Assembly (NCBI GenBank): GCA_000826855.1
Contig: JTLS01000066.1
Span: 1-35,391, forward strand
Length of the DNA: 35,391 nt
From: Basidioascus undulatus
Lineage: Eukaryota
Reading direction: 5' to 3'
How positions within the stretch are numbered: the stretch's first letter is position 1; each line of letters begins with the position of its first letter. Shown piece by piece: positions 34,291-35,391 of this stretch. The notes below the pieces were generated by a model. It searched no databases. It was given only the letters and a program-made list of their open reading frames with translations, and was not told the origin of the DNA. The position numbers were made by a program, and so were the translations under genes.

Positions 34291-35279
34291 TCACTTGCGC
34301 TTGTGCTTCTGCTCCGCCTCCTGCACAGCACGCAGCGATCCAGAAATCGCCCAGTACGAGTCGAGCATGAGCCTGAACGGGAAAGACACCTCAGCGTGTG
34401 CACCGCAGGATGCGGCGGACCGCAAGTCGGAATCCTTACGCAAGAGGAATGACGATCCAGAGGCCATTGAAGAAGGCCAGGTAGACCTAATTCCCTCCTA
34501 TCGTCAACCTCATACAACCAGAAGGAAGAGCAGCCAGACGGAGACGGCAGGCGAGCGTACCCAGGTGTACATCCTGCACCGCGCCCGCGGACAACGCATT
34601 AGCGCGCTGCGGTCATTGCGCGAAAGGGAGAATGGGAGTTCACGCACCAGTGGCTCGTGTTGAGGTTCGACGAGCCCGTGAACCACTCAGGGCTGCCGTC
34701 GCGTGCACCATAAAGTCAGCCTTCTGCACCTCTACCCCTTACTCCTTCCGTCTTGTCGGCTCTCGAACGTGGGCACCTACAAGAAAGTCATGGCCCCGCC
34801 GTCTTCTCACCCCCAAAATTCATCAGTTCACATGCCCTCCAGCATCCCGGACTCGAAAGCGATCCAACGCACAGATCTCCGCCGTGCACAGCACCACAAT
34901 CCAGTAGTGCCTCGCCGCGTCCTGCCGCACAATCTGGTACAGAATCCACACACAAAGCGGGCCTGCCCGACCCCACGCCGGTCAGCCCACTTTCTTCCCC
35001 TCTTTCGAATCCACGCACCCGCCGCGAGCACCGTCAGCGCCTCAATCGATACGACCGTCTCGTCCGCGCGGCCCCAGCGCGCGTCCGCAAAGGTGTACTC
35101 CTGCCTTTACCCCTCACGTCATCTTGTCAGCTTCTTCCTTTTTTTTTTGGTTCGTTTTGGTACGTGTAAGCCTCACCAGAGCGTCGCGAACGGCCCTGAG
35201 GCACTCTGGACCGTCCTCCCAAACGTGCTCAACCACAGCCACGAGCCCTCGAGCACAAAGTGCGTGAGGGCGTCGAACG
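34291..35279 (-). CDS. Emopamil-binding protein (EBP/EBPL, EXPERA domain) family membrane protein, 3' part; 5' end outside or at window edge
   Basis: Exons 35279-35177, 35104-35019, 34962-34873, 34802-34781, 34692-34648, 34573-34561, 34486-34440, 34372-34291 give FDALTHFVLEGSW...ATLWQEYTFADARWGRADETVVSIEALTVLAAGPLC...RHYWIVVLCTAEIYGGAMTFFPEWFTGSSNLNTSHWMYTWVYLAFFNGLWIVIPLALMLDSY...KHKRK. The basic tail resembles an ER-retrieval signal. Confidence 0.92.
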
Positions 35280-35391
35280 CTATCCCCCACCTCCCAACGC
35301 GTCATTTTCCTTCTTCTTCTCTTGGTTGAGGATGGCTGCGACCGACGTGTTGGGCTGGGCCGCCTTGGTCGGGGAAGGCGGTGTGGAGGCG

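Noticed and set aside
34250..35329. Plus-strand ORFs of 137, 208 and 138 aa
   Set aside because: Antisense to the spliced EBP-family gene, which explains the region.
1..35391. CRISPR array, prokaryotic operon or defence system, intact transposon, or biosynthetic gene cluster
   Set aside because: The DNA is spliceosomal-intron-rich eukaryotic sequence. I saw no regularly spaced repeat array, LTR/TIR pair or backbone synthase, and the intact genes share no evident pathway.

Overview
Eukaryotic, intron-rich fungal DNA, most likely a basidiomycete yeast of Pucciniomycotina type. This is inferred from GTGCGT/GTACGT/GTCCGT donors, GCTGAC/CTAAC branch points, short introns and GC3-rich exons. The six-frame ORF track is mostly uninformative, so genes were rebuilt by hand from splice signals. 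Supported content: the 3' part of a D-2-hydroxyacid dehydrogenase, a GPI-anchored Ser/Thr-rich wall protein, tRNA-Gln(CTG), a small intronless membrane protein, tRNA-Leu(AAG), a saccharopine dehydrogenase-like oxidoreductase, a Pil1/Lsp1-like protein with an apparent frame switch, cytoplasmic asparagine-tRNA ligase head-to-head with CMC4, an F-box/LRR pseudogene, a 20-exon MFS transporter with a micro-exon run and a GC-AG intron, and the 3' part of an EBP-family gene. Multi-kb spacers between these genes look like decayed coding sequence. I found no CRISPR array, no intact mobile element and no convincing novel multi-gene system. The best leads are the gene decay/frameshift signals, the unusual splicing architecture and a weak ncRNA candidate.
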